From the NCBI GenBank assembly GCA_016873635.1, contig VGWJ01000012.1, forward strand, positions 197 to 64,196: a DNA stretch of 64,000 nt, written 5' to 3'. This document shows positions 41,548 through 55,213 of the stretch, one piece after another. The position numbers were made by a program, and so were the translations under genes. The notes under the pieces are model-generated. The model was given only the letters and a program-made list of their open reading frames with translations. It did no database searches and was not told the DNA's origin. This DNA comes from Lentisphaerota bacterium (GTDB lineage Bacteria > Verrucomicrobiota > Kiritimatiellia > UBA8416 > VGWJ01). Every line of letters begins with the position of its first letter. The stretch's first letter is position 1.

Positions 41548-42855
41548 GTGAATGCGGCGCCGGGTCGCGAGGAAATTCTGGAATACCATCGGGGCGGCAA
41601 GGTCGGCCTGCGCCTGACCAGGCCGCTGGCCGACCGGCGCGCCCTGTGCACGGCCTACACGCCGGGCGTGGCCGTGCCCGTCCGCGAAATCGCCCGCGAT
41701 CCCGCCGCCGCCCGGCGCTACACGGCCAAGTCGAACCTGGTGGCGGTGGTGTCGGACGGCACGGCCATCCTGGGCCTGGGCGATCTGGGCCCCTTCGCGA
41801 GCATCCCCGTCATGGAAGGCAAAGCCGTGCTCTTCAAGGCGTTCGGCGACGTGGACGCCTGGCCGGCGCCGCTGGACCGCTGCCGCCGGGACGGGGCGGC
41901 GACCGGCCCCACCGACCCGCGGCGCGTCATCGACGCCGTGTGCGCGCTGGCGCCCATGTACGGCGGGATCAACCTGGAAGACATTGCCGCGCCGGCGTGT
42001 TTCGAGATCGAGGACCGGCTTGACGCGCTCCTGGACATTCCCGTGTTCCACGACGACCAGTGGGGCACGGCGGTGATCACGCTGGCGGGCATGCTGAACT
42101 ACTGCCGGCTGTGCGGGCGCGACATGGCCGACCTGCGCATCGTGATCAACGGCGCGGGCGCGGCCGGCATACGCATCGCCGATACGCTCAAGTGCGCCGG
42201 CGCGCGCCGGATCGTGCTCTGCGACTCCAAGGGCGTCGTGCGCTCGGCGCGATCCGACCTGCACGACCGCAAGCGCGCGCATGCCGTCGACGGCCCCGCC
42301 ACGACGGTCGGCGAGGCGCTGCGCGGCGCGCACGTCTTCATCGGCGTCTCCGTGGCCGACTGCGTGCGCCCGGAGGAGGTGGCGGCCATGGCCGACTATC
42401 CGGCCGTGTTCGCGATGGCCAATCCGGACCCCGAGATCCGGCCGGAGGCCGTGGCCGCCGCCCTGGGCGCCCGGCCCTACGTCATGGCCACGGGCCGCTC
42501 GGACTTCCCCAACCAGGTCAACAACGTGCTGGGCTTCCCGTTTCTGTTCCGCGGCGCGCTGGACGCGGGGGCGTCGACGATCAACATGCCGATGAAGCTC
42601 GCGGCGGCCGAAGCGCTGGCGGCCACGGCGCGCCTGCCCGTGCCGGAAGACATCCGCGCCCTGTACCCGGACGAGAACCTGGAGTTCGGGAACGCCTATC
42701 TCATTCCCAAGCCCTTCGACCGCCGCCTCTTCGTGGACGTCTCGTTCGCGGTCGCCTCGGCCGCCGCGGCGTCCGGAGCGGCGGCCGCCATGGATCTGCC
42801 GGCCTACCGGGCCGCACTGGACCGCCGCAACGACGCCCGTGTCGGTTTGCGTTGA
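41548..42855 (+). CDS. NAD(P)-dependent malic enzyme (short form).
   Basis: It has the malic-enzyme motifs (FNDDQWGTAV-like VFHDDQWGTAVITLAG; GAGAAGI Rossmann). Its start is a GTG. Confidence 0.75.
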   Translation: MNAAPGREEILEYHRGGKVGLRLTRPLADRRALCTAYTPGVAVPVREIARDPAAARRYTAKSNLVAVVSDGTAILGLGDLGPFASIPVMEGKAVLFKAFGDVDAWPAPLDRCRRDGAATGPTDPRRVIDAVCALAPMYGGINLEDIAAPACFEIEDRLDALLDIPVFHDDQWGTAVITLAGMLNYCRLCGRDMADLRIVINGAGAAGIRIADTLKCAGARRIVLCDSKGVVRSARSDLHDRKRAHAVDGPATTVGEALRGAHVFIGVSVADCVRPEEVAAMADYPAVFAMANPDPEIRPEAVAAALGARPYVMATGRSDFPNQVNNVLGFPFLFRGALDAGASTINMPMKLAAAEALAATARLPVPEDIRALYPDENLEFGNAYLIPKPFDRRLFVDVSFAVASAAAASGAAAAMDLPAYRAALDRRNDARVGLR

Positions 42856-42890
42856 CGGTGGTGCGCGGCGTGACGTACAGTAGAGCGCTT

Positions 42891-42995
42891 ATGGGACAGC
42901 AACTCAAACCGCGAATCAAGAGGAAGCGGCGCCTCCGGCGCCAGAAACGGCTCAAGGAAAAGGCTCACGGCCTCAAGAAGGCTGCCGGTTCCTGA
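42891..42995 (+). CDS. Candidate 34-aa highly basic small protein (very uncertain).
   Basis: Its product is MGQQLKPRIKRKRRLRRQKRLKEKAHGLKKAAGS. A TTGACG-18-TACAGT promoter-like element lies just upstream. Its codon usage is atypical for this genome. Confidence 0.2.
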   Translation: MGQQLKPRIKRKRRLRRQKRLKEKAHGLKKAAGS

Positions 42996-43019
42996 CCGAT
43001 TCCTCTCGGGCGCGATGGC

Positions 43020-43093
43020 CGAGCGGTTAGGCAGAGGTCTGCAAAACCTCGTACACCGGTTCAACTCCGGTTCGCGCCTCCAAACCTTTTCCT
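43020..43093 (+). tRNA. tRNA-Cys (anticodon GCA), CCA encoded.
   Basis: It has acceptor GGCGCGA/TCGCGCC, anticodon loop CTGCAAA, T-loop GGTTCAACTCC, discriminator U and a 3' CCA. Confidence 0.85.
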
Positions 43094-43192
43094 TACGAAG
43101 CGAAGCCCGTGGACGGCGCGGGGGAGTCGCCGGCTGCCGGAAACACGGGCCGCGCGGCCCGCTTGAAGCGCGGGGCCGGACCCGACGAAGGG

Positions 43193-43726
43193 CTACGCCG
43201 CGGTGGCGTCCCGATAGGCGCCGTACATCGCCAGGATCCGTTCCACGACCTGCGGGACCGTCAGGCCGGTGGTGTCGATGCGCCGGCGGATGGCGGCATA
43301 GTGCTGCCGGCGCTGTTCCAGGATGCGGACGATGCTGGCCAGCTTGTCGCCCCCGGCCAGCAGCGGGCGCGCGGCGTCGTCACGCACGCGGCGCAGGATC
43401 TCCTCCGGGGTCGCGGAGAGACACACCGCCAGGCCGGTGCGTTCGAAATCGCGCACGTTGTCCGGGTTCAGCACCACGCCGCCGCCCGCGCCGATCACCC
43501 GGCCCGTTCCGGCCGCCAGCTCGCTCACCAGCGCCCGCTCCAGCGCGCGGAAATGCGGTTCGCCGTCCTCGGCGAAGATGCGGCTGATGCTCTTGCCCTC
43601 GCGTTCCTCGATGAGCGCGTCCATGTCCGCGAAGGTCATGCGCAGCCGCTGCGCCAGGGCCCGCCCCACGCTGGTCTTGCCGGTGCCCATGAAGCCCAGC
43701 AGCACTATGTTCGGCTTGCCGTCCAT
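43193..43726 (-). CDS. aroK: Shikimate kinase.
   Basis: It has Walker A LLGFMGTGKTSVGRALA and the shikimate-binding region, and is about 177 aa. Confidence 0.8.
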   Translation of the reverse strand: MDGKPNIVLLGFMGTGKTSVGRALAQRLRMTFADMDALIEEREGKSISRIFAEDGEPHFRALERALVSELAAGTGRVIGAGGGVVLNPDNVRDFERTGLAVCLSATPEEILRRVRDDAARPLLAGGDKLASIVRILEQRRQHYAAIRRRIDTTGLTVPQVVERILAMYGAYRDATAA

Positions 43727-43898
43727 CGGGAGGGCAGCATGAACCAGCGCGCGCGCGGAAGCAAGCGCGGGTTGCGGCGGCGTGGTGGCGCGAGCGAAGA
43801 GGCCGCGGCACATGCGGGAGGGCGACCGGGCTTGACCCCCCTGGCCTTCCTTCATTCGTGCTTGGGTATTTTGTCCTTCGTCATTATAGAATTCCCGC

Positions 43899-45257
43899 AT
43901 GTTACGCACCGCATGGCTCCTTCCGGCCGTGGCGCTGCTGGCCCGCGCGGCGGCGGCCCTGGGCCCGCACGAGATCCTGCTGCTGGTGAACACGGCGTCC
44001 GACGATTCCGTGGCCGTGGCCGCGCAATACGCCGCGCTGCGCCGCGTGCCCGAGCCGAACGTGATCCGGCTGGCGCTGCCCGGCGGGGCCGCGGCGGCCG
44101 ACGGATCGATTGCGCCCGAGGATTTCGAGCGCCTGATCTGGATCCCGGCCTGGCGCGCGGCGCGCGAACGGGGGGTGGCCGGCCACATCCTGGCCTGGGT
44201 CTATTCGGCCGGCTTTCCGGTTTCCGTCCGGACGCCCGCGCCGGTCTCCATCCACGGGCTGACCTTTGCCCGCAACCGCGCGCCGGATCCCGCGGAGGTG
44301 CGCCGGGCGACGCGCGTCTCGCCGCTCTTCGCCGGACCGCGGGGGCCGGGCGACGGCGCGCACGTGCCGCAGACGTTCGACGCCGCCGCCGAATGGCTCG
44401 GGGACGACATGCCCCTGCCGAGCATGAGCCTGGGATACACCGGCGAGCGCGGCAACTCGCGTGAAGAGGTGATCGCCTGCCTGGTCCGCGGGGCGCGGTC
44501 CGACGGCACGGCGCCGGCGGGAACCGTGTACTTCGTGCGCGGCGATGACGTGCGCTCGACGTGCCGCCACTGGCAGTTTGCGGGCGCGCGGCGCGAGCTG
44601 CTTGCCGCCGGCGTTGACGCCGTCATCACGAACGCCATGCCGCGCGGCGGCGCGGAGGCGATCGGTCTGATGATGGGGGCCGCCTGGGCGGACCCCGCCG
44701 GAATCGCGTTCCGGCCCGGCGCAATGGCGGAGCACCTCACCAGCTCGGCGGCGGTGTTCCATTCCGCCGACCAGACCAAGCTCTCGGCCTGGATCGCGGC
44801 CGGGGCCACGGCCTCGGCCGGCGCGGTCGCCGAGCCGTTTGCCAACTGGCGCAAGTTTCCCGCGGCGCGCTTCTTCGCGCACTACGCGGCCGGGTGCGCG
44901 CTGATCGAAAGCTTGTACCAGTCCATCGCCAGCCCCTTGCAGATATACCTCGTCGGCGACCCGCTGGCTTCGCCCTGGGCCCCCGCGGCGGAAGTCGTCC
45001 TGGAGGGGCTGCCGGAAGGGGACGTATCGGGCGTGCTCTCGGTCGCCGCGCGGGTCCGGGCGGAGCCGGGCGACCATTTCGGACGCTTCCTGTTCCTGCT
45101 GGACGGGCGCGGCGTGGGCCGGGAGCCGACGCTGCGGCTGGACACGGGCGGGTTGGCGGGGGGCGAACATACGTTGCGCTGCGTGGCCTATCGCACCGGC
45201 CTGGCGCGGAGCCAGGCGTTCACGGAGAGGAGTTTCCGCGTGGCGGCGCGCCGCTGA
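43899..45257 (+). CDS. Secreted hypothetical protein.
   Basis: It has a signal peptide ([14 protein letters not shown]). No recognised domain was found. Confidence 0.5.
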   Translation: MLRTAWLLPAVALLARAAAALGPHEILLLVNTASDDSVAVAAQYAALRRVPEPNVIRLALPGGAAAADGSIAPEDFERLIWIPAWRAARERGVAGHILAWVYSAGFPVSVRTPAPVSIHGLTFARNRAPDPAEVRRATRVSPLFAGPRGPGDGAHVPQTFDAAAEWLGDDMPLPSMSLGYTGERGNSREEVIACLVRGARSDGTAPAGTVYFVRGDDVRSTCRHWQFAGARRELLAAGVDAVITNAMPRGGAEAIGLMMGAAWADPAGIAFRPGAMAEHLTSSAAVFHSADQTKLSAWIAAGATASAGAVAEPFANWRKFPAARFFAHYAAGCALIESLYQSIASPLQIYLVGDPLASPWAPAAEVVLEGLPEGDVSGVLSVAARVRAEPGDHFGRFLFLLDGRGVGREPTLRLDTGGLAGGEHTLRCVAYRTGLARSQAFTERSFRVAARR

Positions 45258-45301
45258 GCGGGATCAAGGCGTGCGCCCCGCGGCGGCCGCCAGGGAGAAC
45301 C

Positions 45302-45826
45302 ATGCGCAAGTGCGTTTTTTTCGACCGGGACGGCATCGTGAATCGTTCGCCGGGTCCGGATCGCTACGTGAAGGACTGGTCGGAATTCGAACTGCTGCCG
45401 GAGTTCGTGGACGTGTTGCGCGTGGTGCGGGAGCGCGGCTACGACGCGGTGATCGCCACCAACCAGCGCGGCGTGGCGCGCGGCATGGTGTCCCTGGAGG
45501 CCCTGCACGACATCCACCGCCGCCTGCGCGCGCGGCTGGCGCGGGAGCACGGCCTGGAACTGCTGGACGTGTTCTTCTGCCCGCACGAGGAAGGGGCGTG
45601 CGACTGCCGGAAGCCCCGGCCGGGCATGCTGACCGCCGCGGCCGCGCGGCACGGCATCGACCTGGGAGCGTCGTGGATGGTCGGCGACGACGAACGCGAC
45701 GTGGAGGCGGGGCGCCGGGCCGGGTGCCGCACGATCCGCGTGGCCCCCGCCGGCGTTGCCACCGCGGCCGACTTCCGGGCGGACGATCTGGCGGCGTTGC
45801 GAGCGTTGTTGGCAGGCCTGCCGTAG
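45302..45826 (+). CDS. HAD-IIIA phosphatase, GmhB-like (D,D-heptose 1,7-bisphosphate phosphatase family).
   Basis: FFDRDGIVN is HAD motif I, and GDDERD is the C-terminal motif. Confidence 0.7.
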   Translation: MRKCVFFDRDGIVNRSPGPDRYVKDWSEFELLPEFVDVLRVVRERGYDAVIATNQRGVARGMVSLEALHDIHRRLRARLAREHGLELLDVFFCPHEEGACDCRKPRPGMLTAAAARHGIDLGASWMVGDDERDVEAGRRAGCRTIRVAPAGVATAADFRADDLAALRALLAGLP

Positions 45827-45874
45827 TTGTGGTAGAGTCCCGTTGCGGCTGCCAGCCCAGCCGGGAGGAGTCAC

Positions 45875-47809
45875 GTGGATATCTTCGTTCCCGGGCGCAT
45901 CTGCCTTTTCGGCGAGCACAGCGACTGGGCGGGCAGCTACCGCCGCATCAACGCCTCCATCGGCAAGGGCTTCACGCTGATCGCCGGCACCAACCAGGGC
46001 CTCTACGCGCGGGTGAAAGCGCATCCCTCGCGCCTGATCATGCACTCCACGCCGGGCGAAAACGGCGCGCGGCAGAGCCTGGAGCTGCCCATGGACCGCG
46101 AGGCCCTGCTGGACGAGGCCCGGAAAGGCGGTTTCTTCAGCTATGCCGCGGGCGTGGCCTGCGAGGTCATGACGCACTACAGGGTGCGCGGCCTGGAGAT
46201 CGACAACTACAAGACCGATCTGCCCATCAAGAAGGGCCTCTCCTCGAGCGCGGCGATCTGCGTGCTGGTCGCGCGGGCCTTCAACCGCGTCTACGACCTC
46301 AAGATGACCGTGCGCGGCGAAATGGAGTTCGCCTATCGCGGCGAGATCACCACGCCTTCGCGCTGCGGCCGCATGGACCAGGGCTGCGCCTACGGCAACC
46401 GGCCGGTGCTGATGACCTTCGACGGCGACTGCCTCGACGTGGAGGAGCTGAGCGTCAAGAAGGATCTGTACCTCATCGTGGTGGACCTGGGCGCCGGCAA
46501 GGATACCGTCGAGATTCTCAACCGCCTCAATCACTGTTACCCCTTCGCCGACGGCGAGGTGCAGCGCAACGTGCAGAAGTACCTGGGCGAAATCAGCGCG
46601 GGCATCACGCGCGAAGCCTGCGCCGCGCTGCGCGAGGGTCAGGCCGACCGGCTGGGCGAGCTCATGACCCGCGCCCAGCGCGAGTTCGACCGCTGCGTGC
46701 GGCCCGCCTGTCCGTCCCAGCTCACGGCGCCCGTGCTGCACCGCGTCCTGGACCACGCCGCGCTCAAGCCGTACGTCTGCGGCGGCAAGGGCGTCGGGTC
46801 GCAGGGCGACGGCTCGGCGCAGTTCGTGGCCCGCGACGAGGAGTCCCAACGGCGCGCCATGGAGATCATCCGGCGCGACCTCGGCCTGTCGTGCCTGGGC
46901 CTCGTGCTGCGCACGGGCCGGCGCGTGCGCAAGGCCGTGATTCCCGCCGCCGGGTTCGGCACCCGCCTTTTCCCGGCCACCAAGGCGATCAAGAAGGAGC
47001 TCTTCCCCGTGATCGGCCGGGACGGCCGCATCAAGCCCGTGATCCTGGCGATTGTCGAAGAGGCGCTCAGCGCCGGGATCGAAGAAGTCTGCGTCGTCGT
47101 GCAGTCCGCCGACCGCGGGCTGTTCGAGGATTTCTTCGGCGCGCCGCCGGCCGTCGAGAACTACAACAAGCTTTCGGCGGAAAGCCGCAAGTACAACGAC
47201 TACCTCATGGACGTCGGGCGCCGCGTGACCTTCGTTTGCCAGGACGTGCAGGAGGGCTTCGGGCACGCGGTCTACTGCGCGCGCGATTTCGTGGGCGGCG
47301 AGCCGTTTCTGCTGATGCTGGGCGACCACCTTTACGTTTCGCGCCGCCCCGAATCCTGCGCGCGGCAGATCCTGGACGCCTACGCGCGGGCCGGGCAGAG
47401 CGTCGTGGGCCTGAAGGTTACCGGGGCGCGGGAAGTGCACCACTTCGGATGCGTCGGCGGGGAATGGCGCGAGCCGGAACGGCTGCTGGCGATCACGGAA
47501 TTCCGGGAGAAGCCCGACGCCGAGTACGCGCGCGCCCACCTCGCGGTCGCGGGCATGAATGCCGACGAATTCCTCAGCGTTTTCGGGCTGTACGCGCTCG
47601 ATCCCGCGATCTTCTCGTACCTGGCGGAGCACATCGAGCACAACGTGCGCGAGGGCGGCGAATTCCAGCTCACCTCGTGCCTGGACCGCCTGCGGCAGGA
47701 AATGGGCTGCATGGGCCTCGTCGTGGAGGGAACGCGCTTCGACATCGGCCTGCCGGAATCCTACCGCCGCGCGCTGACGGAGTTCTCCCAATGCCCTGTT
47801 CAGTCGTAA
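45875..47809 (+). CDS. Bifunctional protein with an N-terminal GHMP sugar kinase and a C-terminal sugar-1-phosphate nucleotidyltransferase (GalU-like).
   Basis: [13 protein letters not shown] is GHMP motif 1 and [12 protein letters not shown] is the phosphate-binding motif 2. The C-terminal half has [37 protein letters not shown] precedes the GTG start. Confidence 0.7.
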   Translation: MDIFVPGRICLFGEHSDWAGSYRRINASIGKGFTLIAGTNQGLYARVKAHPSRLIMHSTPGENGARQSLELPMDREALLDEARKGGFFSYAAGVACEVMTHYRVRGLEIDNYKTDLPIKKGLSSSAAICVLVARAFNRVYDLKMTVRGEMEFAYRGEITTPSRCGRMDQGCAYGNRPVLMTFDGDCLDVEELSVKKDLYLIVVDLGAGKDTVEILNRLNHCYPFADGEVQRNVQKYLGEISAGITREACAALREGQADRLGELMTRAQREFDRCVRPACPSQLTAPVLHRVLDHAALKPYVCGGKGVGSQGDGSAQFVARDEESQRRAMEIIRRDLGLSCLGLVLRTGRRVRKAVIPAAGFGTRLFPATKAIKKELFPVIGRDGRIKPVILAIVEEALSAGIEEVCVVVQSADRGLFEDFFGAPPAVENYNKLSAESRKYNDYLMDVGRRVTFVCQDVQEGFGHAVYCARDFVGGEPFLLMLGDHLYVSRRPESCARQILDAYARAGQSVVGLKVTGAREVHHFGCVGGEWREPERLLAITEFREKPDAEYARAHLAVAGMNADEFLSVFGLYALDPAIFSYLAEHIEHNVREGGEFQLTSCLDRLRQEMGCMGLVVEGTRFDIGLPESYRRALTEFSQCPVQS

Positions 47810-48732
47810 CCGGCGGCGCCGGGTTCCTGGGGTCGCACCTGTGCGATTTCCTGCTCGCGCAGGGCCACCGGGTGATCTGCATCGACAACCTCGTCACCGG
47901 CAACGTCGCCAACATCGAGCACCTGGCCGGCAATGAGAGCTTCCACTTCATCAAGCACGACGTGACCGAGTACGTCTACCTGGCGGGCGAGGTGGATTTC
48001 GTGTTCCATTTCGCGTCGCCGGCCAGCCCGATCGATTACCTGGAGCTGCCGATCCAGACGCTGAAGGTCGGGGCGCTGGGCACGCACAAGGCGCTGGGGC
48101 TGGCGCGGGCCAAGGGCGCGGTGTTCCTGCTGGCTTCCACCTCGGAGGTGTACGGCGACCCGCTGGTGCATCCGCAGACGGAGGACTACTGGGGCAACGT
48201 CAACCCCGTGGGCCCCCGCGGCGTCTACGACGAGGCCAAGCGCTTCGGCGAAGCCATCACCATGGCGTACCGGCGCACCCACGGCATGGACACGAAGATC
48301 GCGCGCATTTTCAACACCTACGGACCGCGCATGCGGGCCTTCGACGGCCGGGCCGTGCCGGCGTTCATCAACCAGGCCCTGCGCAACGAGCCGCTGACCG
48401 TGTTCGGCGACGGGTCGCAGACGCGCAGTTTCTGCTATGTCTCGGACCTCATCGCCGGGATCCACGCGCTGGCCGTGTCGAAGGAGTCCGGCCCCGTCAA
48501 CCTGGGAAATCCGGCCGAGATGACGGTCATGGAACTGGCCCGCGCGATCCTGAAGCTGACGGGCAGCGCGTCGCAAATCGTGCGCAGGCCCCTGCCCGCG
48601 GACGACCCGAAGGTGCGCCAGCCGGACATCGCGCTGGCGGGGCGGGCGCTGGGCTGGGAGCCGCGCGTCTCGCTGGCGGAAGGCCTGCGCGCCACGGTGG
48701 CCTACTTCAGGCCTCCGGCGTCTCGTCGATGA
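47791..48732 (+). CDS. UDP-glucuronate decarboxylase / UDP-xylose synthase-like short-chain dehydrogenase.
   Basis: It has [11 protein letters not shown] and the YDEAKR catalytic motif. Its start overlaps the upstream fusion gene by 19 nt. Confidence 0.75.
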   Translation: MPCSVVTGGAGFLGSHLCDFLLAQGHRVICIDNLVTGNVANIEHLAGNESFHFIKHDVTEYVYLAGEVDFVFHFASPASPIDYLELPIQTLKVGALGTHKALGLARAKGAVFLLASTSEVYGDPLVHPQTEDYWGNVNPVGPRGVYDEAKRFGEAITMAYRRTHGMDTKIARIFNTYGPRMRAFDGRAVPAFINQALRNEPLTVFGDGSQTRSFCYVSDLIAGIHALAVSKESGPVNLGNPAEMTVMELARAILKLTGSASQIVRRPLPADDPKVRQPDIALAGRALGWEPRVSLAEGLRATVAYFRPPASRR

Positions 48733-51178
48733 GGCTTTCGTCTTCCGGCTCGACGGTCGTGGCCGCGACCAGCTTGTCGCCCTTGTCCAGGTTGATCAGC
48801 CGCACGCCCTGGGTCGCCCGTCCGGTCACGCGCACGTCGCCGACCTTCATGCGGATCATCTTGCCCTTGGCCGAGACCAGCATGAGCGCGTCGGTGTCCT
48901 TCACGGCGTGCGCCCCCACGACTTCGCCGTTGCGCGCGGTGGTGCGGATGGCGATGATGCCCTTGCCGCCGCGGCTCTGCACGCGGTACTCGTCGAAGGA
49001 CGTGCGCTTGCCGTAGCCCTTCTCGGTGCACACCAGGAACGTCGCGGACTTGTCCACGATCTCCATGGCGTTGACGGCGTCGCCCTTGCGCAGCGCGATG
49101 CCGCGCACGCCGCGCGTGGCGCGCCCCATGTCGCGCAACTGCTTCTCGCTGAAACGGATGCTGGTGCCCTTCTGCGTGCAGAGGATCACGTCGTCCGCGC
49201 CGGAGGTCATGCGCACCTCGACCAGCTCGTCGCCCGTGTCGATGTTGACGGCGACGATACTGTCGCGGCGCACGTTCTTGAAGGCCGAGAGGTTGGTCTT
49301 CTTGACCACGCCCCTGGCGGTGACCATCACCAGGTGTCGCGATTCCGCGAACTCGCGCACGCGGATCATGGCGGCGATTTTTTCTTCGCTGGTGATGTTC
49401 AGCAGGTTGACGATGGCCTTGCCGCGCGCGGTGCGGCCCGCTTCCGGTATCTCGTAGACCTTCTCCCAGAAGATGCGTCCCGCCGAGGTGAAGAACAGAA
49501 TGTAGTCGTGCGTATTGGCCACGAAGAGGTGTTCGACGTAGTCCTCCTCCTTGGTGGCCATGCCCGAAACGCCCTTGCCGCCGCGGCGCTGGGCGCGGTA
49601 CGTGTCGATGGGCACGCGCTTGATGTAGCCGGTGTGGCTGATGGTGATGATGCAGCCGCGGTCGGCCACGAGGTCCTCGACGCTGATTTCCTCCTCGCCG
49701 GGAGCGATGTCGGTGCGCCGCCGGTCGCCGTACTTCTCGCGGAGCTCGAGCAATTCCGTCTTGATGAGCTGGTAGATCTTGTGCTCGTTGGCCAGCAGGT
49801 CCTTGAGGTAGGAGATGAGCTTGATCAGCTCCAGGTACTCGTCTTCGATCTTCTGGCGTTCGAGTCCGGTGAGCTGGTAGAGCCGCATGTCCAGGATGGC
49901 GTTGGCCTGGATCTCCGAGAGCTTGAACCGCTGCATGAGGCGCGGCCGCGCCTCGTCGCGGTTCTTGGACTCGCGGATGGTTTTGACCACGGCGTCGAGG
50001 TTGTCCAGCGCGATCTTCAGCCCCTCGAGAATGTGGGCGCGCTGCTCGGCCTTGCGCAGGTCGAACTCGGCGCGGCGCGTGACCACGATGAAGCGGTGCG
50101 CCACGAACGCCTGCAGCATCTGTTTCAGATTCATCAGGCGCGGCTTGCCGCCGTCGATGGCCAGCAGGATCGCGCCGAACGTGGTCTGGAGCTGGGTGTG
50201 CTTGTAGATGTGGTTCAGGATCACCTTCGGCACGACGCCGCGCTTCAGCTCCACCACGATGCGGATGCCTTCCTTGTTGGACTCGTCGCGGATGTCGGCG
50301 ATGCCCTCGATGGTCTTGCCGTGCGCCAGCCGGGCGATGCTTTCGATCAGGGTGGTCTTGTTGACCGTGTAGGGGATCTCGGTGATGATGATGGTTTCGC
50401 GGCCCTGGCGCGACTCTTCGATGCGGGCGCGGCCGCGCACCTGGATCTGCCCGCGGCCGGTGGCGTACATGTCGCGAATGGGCTGCGTGCCGCAGATCAG
50501 GCCGCCGGTCGGGAAGTCCGGGCCCTTGATGTGCCGCGTCAGCTCCTCGACGGTGAGGTCGGGATTATCGATCAGCGCGGCCAGGCCGTCGACCAGTTCG
50601 CACAGGTTGTGGGGCGGGACGTTCGTGGCCATGCCCACCGCGATGCCCGTGGAGCCGTTGAGAAGGAGGTTCGGGACCTTGCAGGGCAGGACGACGGGCT
50701 CTTCGAATTCCCCGTTGTAGTTGGGGGCGAAGTCGACCGTTTCCCTGTCGATATCCTCCAGGATCTCCTCCGCCATGGGAAACATGCGGACTTCGGTGTA
50801 GCGCATGGCGGCCGGCGGATCGCCGTCGATCGAGCCGAAGTTGCCCTGGCCGTCCACCAGCAGGTAGCGCATCGAGAAGTCCTGGGCCATGCGCACGATC
50901 GTGTCGTACACGGCCTGGTCGCCGTGCGGATGGTATTTGCCGATGACGTCGCCCACCACGCGGGCGGACTTCTTGTAGGGACGGCTGTGCAGGTTGCCCA
51001 GCTCCCGCATGGCGAAGAGCACGCGGCGGTGCACGGGCTTGAGGCCGTCGCGCACGTCGGGCAGCGCGCGGCCCACGATGACGCTCATGGAATAGTCGAT
51101 GTAGGACGAACGCATCTCGTCGTCGATGCTGACGTCCTGGGGCGCGATGACCGGCTTTTCGGCGTCTTGTTCTGGCAT
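48707..51178 (-). CDS. gyrA: DNA gyrase subunit A.
   Basis: It has the active-site Tyr region, a QRDR-like segment and C-terminal beta-pinwheel repeats. Confidence 0.9.
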   Translation of the reverse strand: MPEQDAEKPVIAPQDVSIDDEMRSSYIDYSMSVIVGRALPDVRDGLKPVHRRVLFAMRELGNLHSRPYKKSARVVGDVIGKYHPHGDQAVYDTIVRMAQDFSMRYLLVDGQGNFGSIDGDPPAAMRYTEVRMFPMAEEILEDIDRETVDFAPNYNGEFEEPVVLPCKVPNLLLNGSTGIAVGMATNVPPHNLCELVDGLAALIDNPDLTVEELTRHIKGPDFPTGGLICGTQPIRDMYATGRGQIQVRGRARIEESRQGRETIIITEIPYTVNKTTLIESIARLAHGKTIEGIADIRDESNKEGIRIVVELKRGVVPKVILNHIYKHTQLQTTFGAILLAIDGGKPRLMNLKQMLQAFVAHRFIVVTRRAEFDLRKAEQRAHILEGLKIALDNLDAVVKTIRESKNRDEARPRLMQRFKLSEIQANAILDMRLYQLTGLERQKIEDEYLELIKLISYLKDLLANEHKIYQLIKTELLELREKYGDRRRTDIAPGEEEISVEDLVADRGCIITISHTGYIKRVPIDTYRAQRRGGKGVSGMATKEEDYVEHLFVANTHDYILFFTSAGRIFWEKVYEIPEAGRTARGKAIVNLLNITSEEKIAAMIRVREFAESRHLVMVTARGVVKKTNLSAFKNVRRDSIVAVNIDTGDELVEVRMTSGADDVILCTQKGTSIRFSEKQLRDMGRATRGVRGIALRKGDAVNAMEIVDKSATFLVCTEKGYGKRTSFDEYRVQSRGGKGIIAIRTTARNGEVVGAHAVKDTDALMLVSAKGKMIRMKVGDVRVTGRATQGVRLINLDKGDKLVAATTVEPEDESLIDETPEA

Positions 51179-51185
51179 GGCGCGA

Positions 51186-53630
<2,445 letters not shown>

Positions 53631-53696
53631 TTAATCCCCCCTTTATTACGTGTTTCCGGCCCGAAAAGCAAGCCTCCGCTGCAAGAATCTGCGGCG

Positions 53697-53725
53697 TTGA
53701 CAACGGCGGGGCGGGCCGCTAGCTT
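53697..53725 (+). promoter_or_regulatory. Candidate sigma70-like promoter for efp.
   Basis: TTGACA, a 17-nt spacer, then TAGCTT, about 25 nt upstream of the efp RBS. Confidence 0.3.
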
Positions 53726-53752
53726 GAGCGGTCTTTCAGTTGCGAGGTGATA

Positions 53753-54310
53753 ATGTACAGTGCTTCGGACTTGCGCAAAGGGCTCCGCATCGAACTGGAG
53801 GGCGTGCCCTACCTGATCACGGAGTTTCAGTTCAACAAGCCGGGAAAGGGACAGGCGCTTTACGTCTGCCGGCTGAAGAACCTGCTCACGGGGGGGACCC
53901 ACGCGCGCACCTTTCGCGCCGTGGACAAGATCGGCGAGCCACGCCTGGAAACGAAGAAGCTGCGCTATTCCTACCAGGACGCCACGGGCTACGTCTTCCT
54001 GGACGCGAACTACGAGCACGCCACCATGAGCGCGGAGGCGCTCGGCGACCAGCGTTTCTTCCTGACCGAAGACGCCGAAGTCGAGGTGCTCTACTTCAAC
54101 GGCGAACCGATCGACATCACCCTGCCGACTTTCGTCGAAAAGACGATTGTCGAGACCGAGCCGGGCGCGCGCGGCAATACCGCCACCAACGTGCTGAAGC
54201 CCGCGAAGATCGAAGGCGGATACGAGATCCAGGTTCCGCTGTTCATCAACACGGGCGACGTCGCCGTGATCGACACGCGCACCGGCGCCTACGTTCAAAG
54301 GAAGACCTGA
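53753..54310 (+). CDS. efp: Elongation factor P.
   Basis: It has the KPGKGQA loop with the modifiable Lys. A GAGGTGA RBS precedes the ATG. Confidence 0.85.
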   Translation: MYSASDLRKGLRIELEGVPYLITEFQFNKPGKGQALYVCRLKNLLTGGTHARTFRAVDKIGEPRLETKKLRYSYQDATGYVFLDANYEHATMSAEALGDQRFFLTEDAEVEVLYFNGEPIDITLPTFVEKTIVETEPGARGNTATNVLKPAKIEGGYEIQVPLFINTGDVAVIDTRTGAYVQRKT

Positions 54311-55213
54311 GTGGACGCTGCCCCGTCGGCGCTGCAGGTCCGCGGCCGGCTGCTCAAGGCCGCGCGGGGCTTCCTGGACGAGCGGGGTTTTCTGGAAGTC
54401 GAGACGCCCGTTCGCGTCCGCGCGCCGGCCCTGGAAACGCACATTGACGCCGAGCCCTCGGGCGCGCTGTACCTGCGGACCTCGCCCGAGCTGCACATGA
54501 AACGCCTGCTGGCGGACGGCGCGGAGCGCATCTACCAGATCGGGCCCTGCTTCCGCCGGGGCGAGAGGGGTCCCTTCCATCGCCCGGAATACACCATGCT
54601 GGAATGGTACCGGCGCGACGCCGACTACATGGACATGCTCGTCGACGCCAAGGCCCTGCTGGACGCGGTGTGCCGGGAGGTGGCCGGGACCACGTCGCTG
54701 CGCCACGCCGGCCGGCGCATCGAAATGATGCCGGTCTGGGAATGCCTGACGGTTTCCGAAGCCTTCCGGCAATGGGCCGGATGGGATCCCGTCGCGGCCT
54801 ACGATCCCGACCGCTTCGACCTTGATCTCGTGGAAAAGGTGCAGCCGGCCCTGCCGCGCGACCGCCCGGTTGTGCTCAAGGACTATCCCGCCGAAGCCGC
54901 GGCCCTGGCCCGCTGCCGCGCGGGCGACCCTCCCGTCGCCGAACGCTGGGAGCTCTACGCGGGCGGGCTGGAGCTGGCCAACGCCTTCAGCGAACTGACC
55001 GATCCGGAAGAACAGCGCCGGCGCTTCGCGGCCTGCGCGGCGGCGCGGGAAGCCGCGGGACGCCCCGTCTATCCGAAGGACGAGGCCTTTCTGGACGCGC
55101 TCCGGGAAGGGCTGCCCCCCTGCGGCGGCGTGGCGCTGGGCATCGACCGCCTGCACATGCTGCTCGCCGGCGCGGCGCACATCGACTCGGTCGTTCCCTT
55201 CCCGGAGGAATGA
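54311..55213 (+). CDS. epmA: EF-P lysine beta-lysyltransferase EpmA (a truncated LysRS paralog, GenX/PoxA).
   Basis: It has class II aaRS motifs 1-3 and no anticodon-binding domain. Its GTG start abuts the efp stop. Confidence 0.8.
   Translation: MDAAPSALQVRGRLLKAARGFLDERGFLEVETPVRVRAPALETHIDAEPSGALYLRTSPELHMKRLLADGAERIYQIGPCFRRGERGPFHRPEYTMLEWYRRDADYMDMLVDAKALLDAVCREVAGTTSLRHAGRRIEMMPVWECLTVSEAFRQWAGWDPVAAYDPDRFDLDLVEKVQPALPRDRPVVLKDYPAEAAALARCRAGDPPVAERWELYAGGLELANAFSELTDPEEQRRRFAACAAAREAAGRPVYPKDEAFLDALREGLPPCGGVALGIDRLHMLLAGAAHIDSVVPFPEE

Noticed and set aside
43727-44188. An N-terminal extension of the aroK ORF (the 331-aa version).
   Set aside because: The shikimate kinase homology starts at MDGKPNIVLLGF. 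The upstream 155 aa are low-complexity and overlap the divergent secreted-protein gene region.
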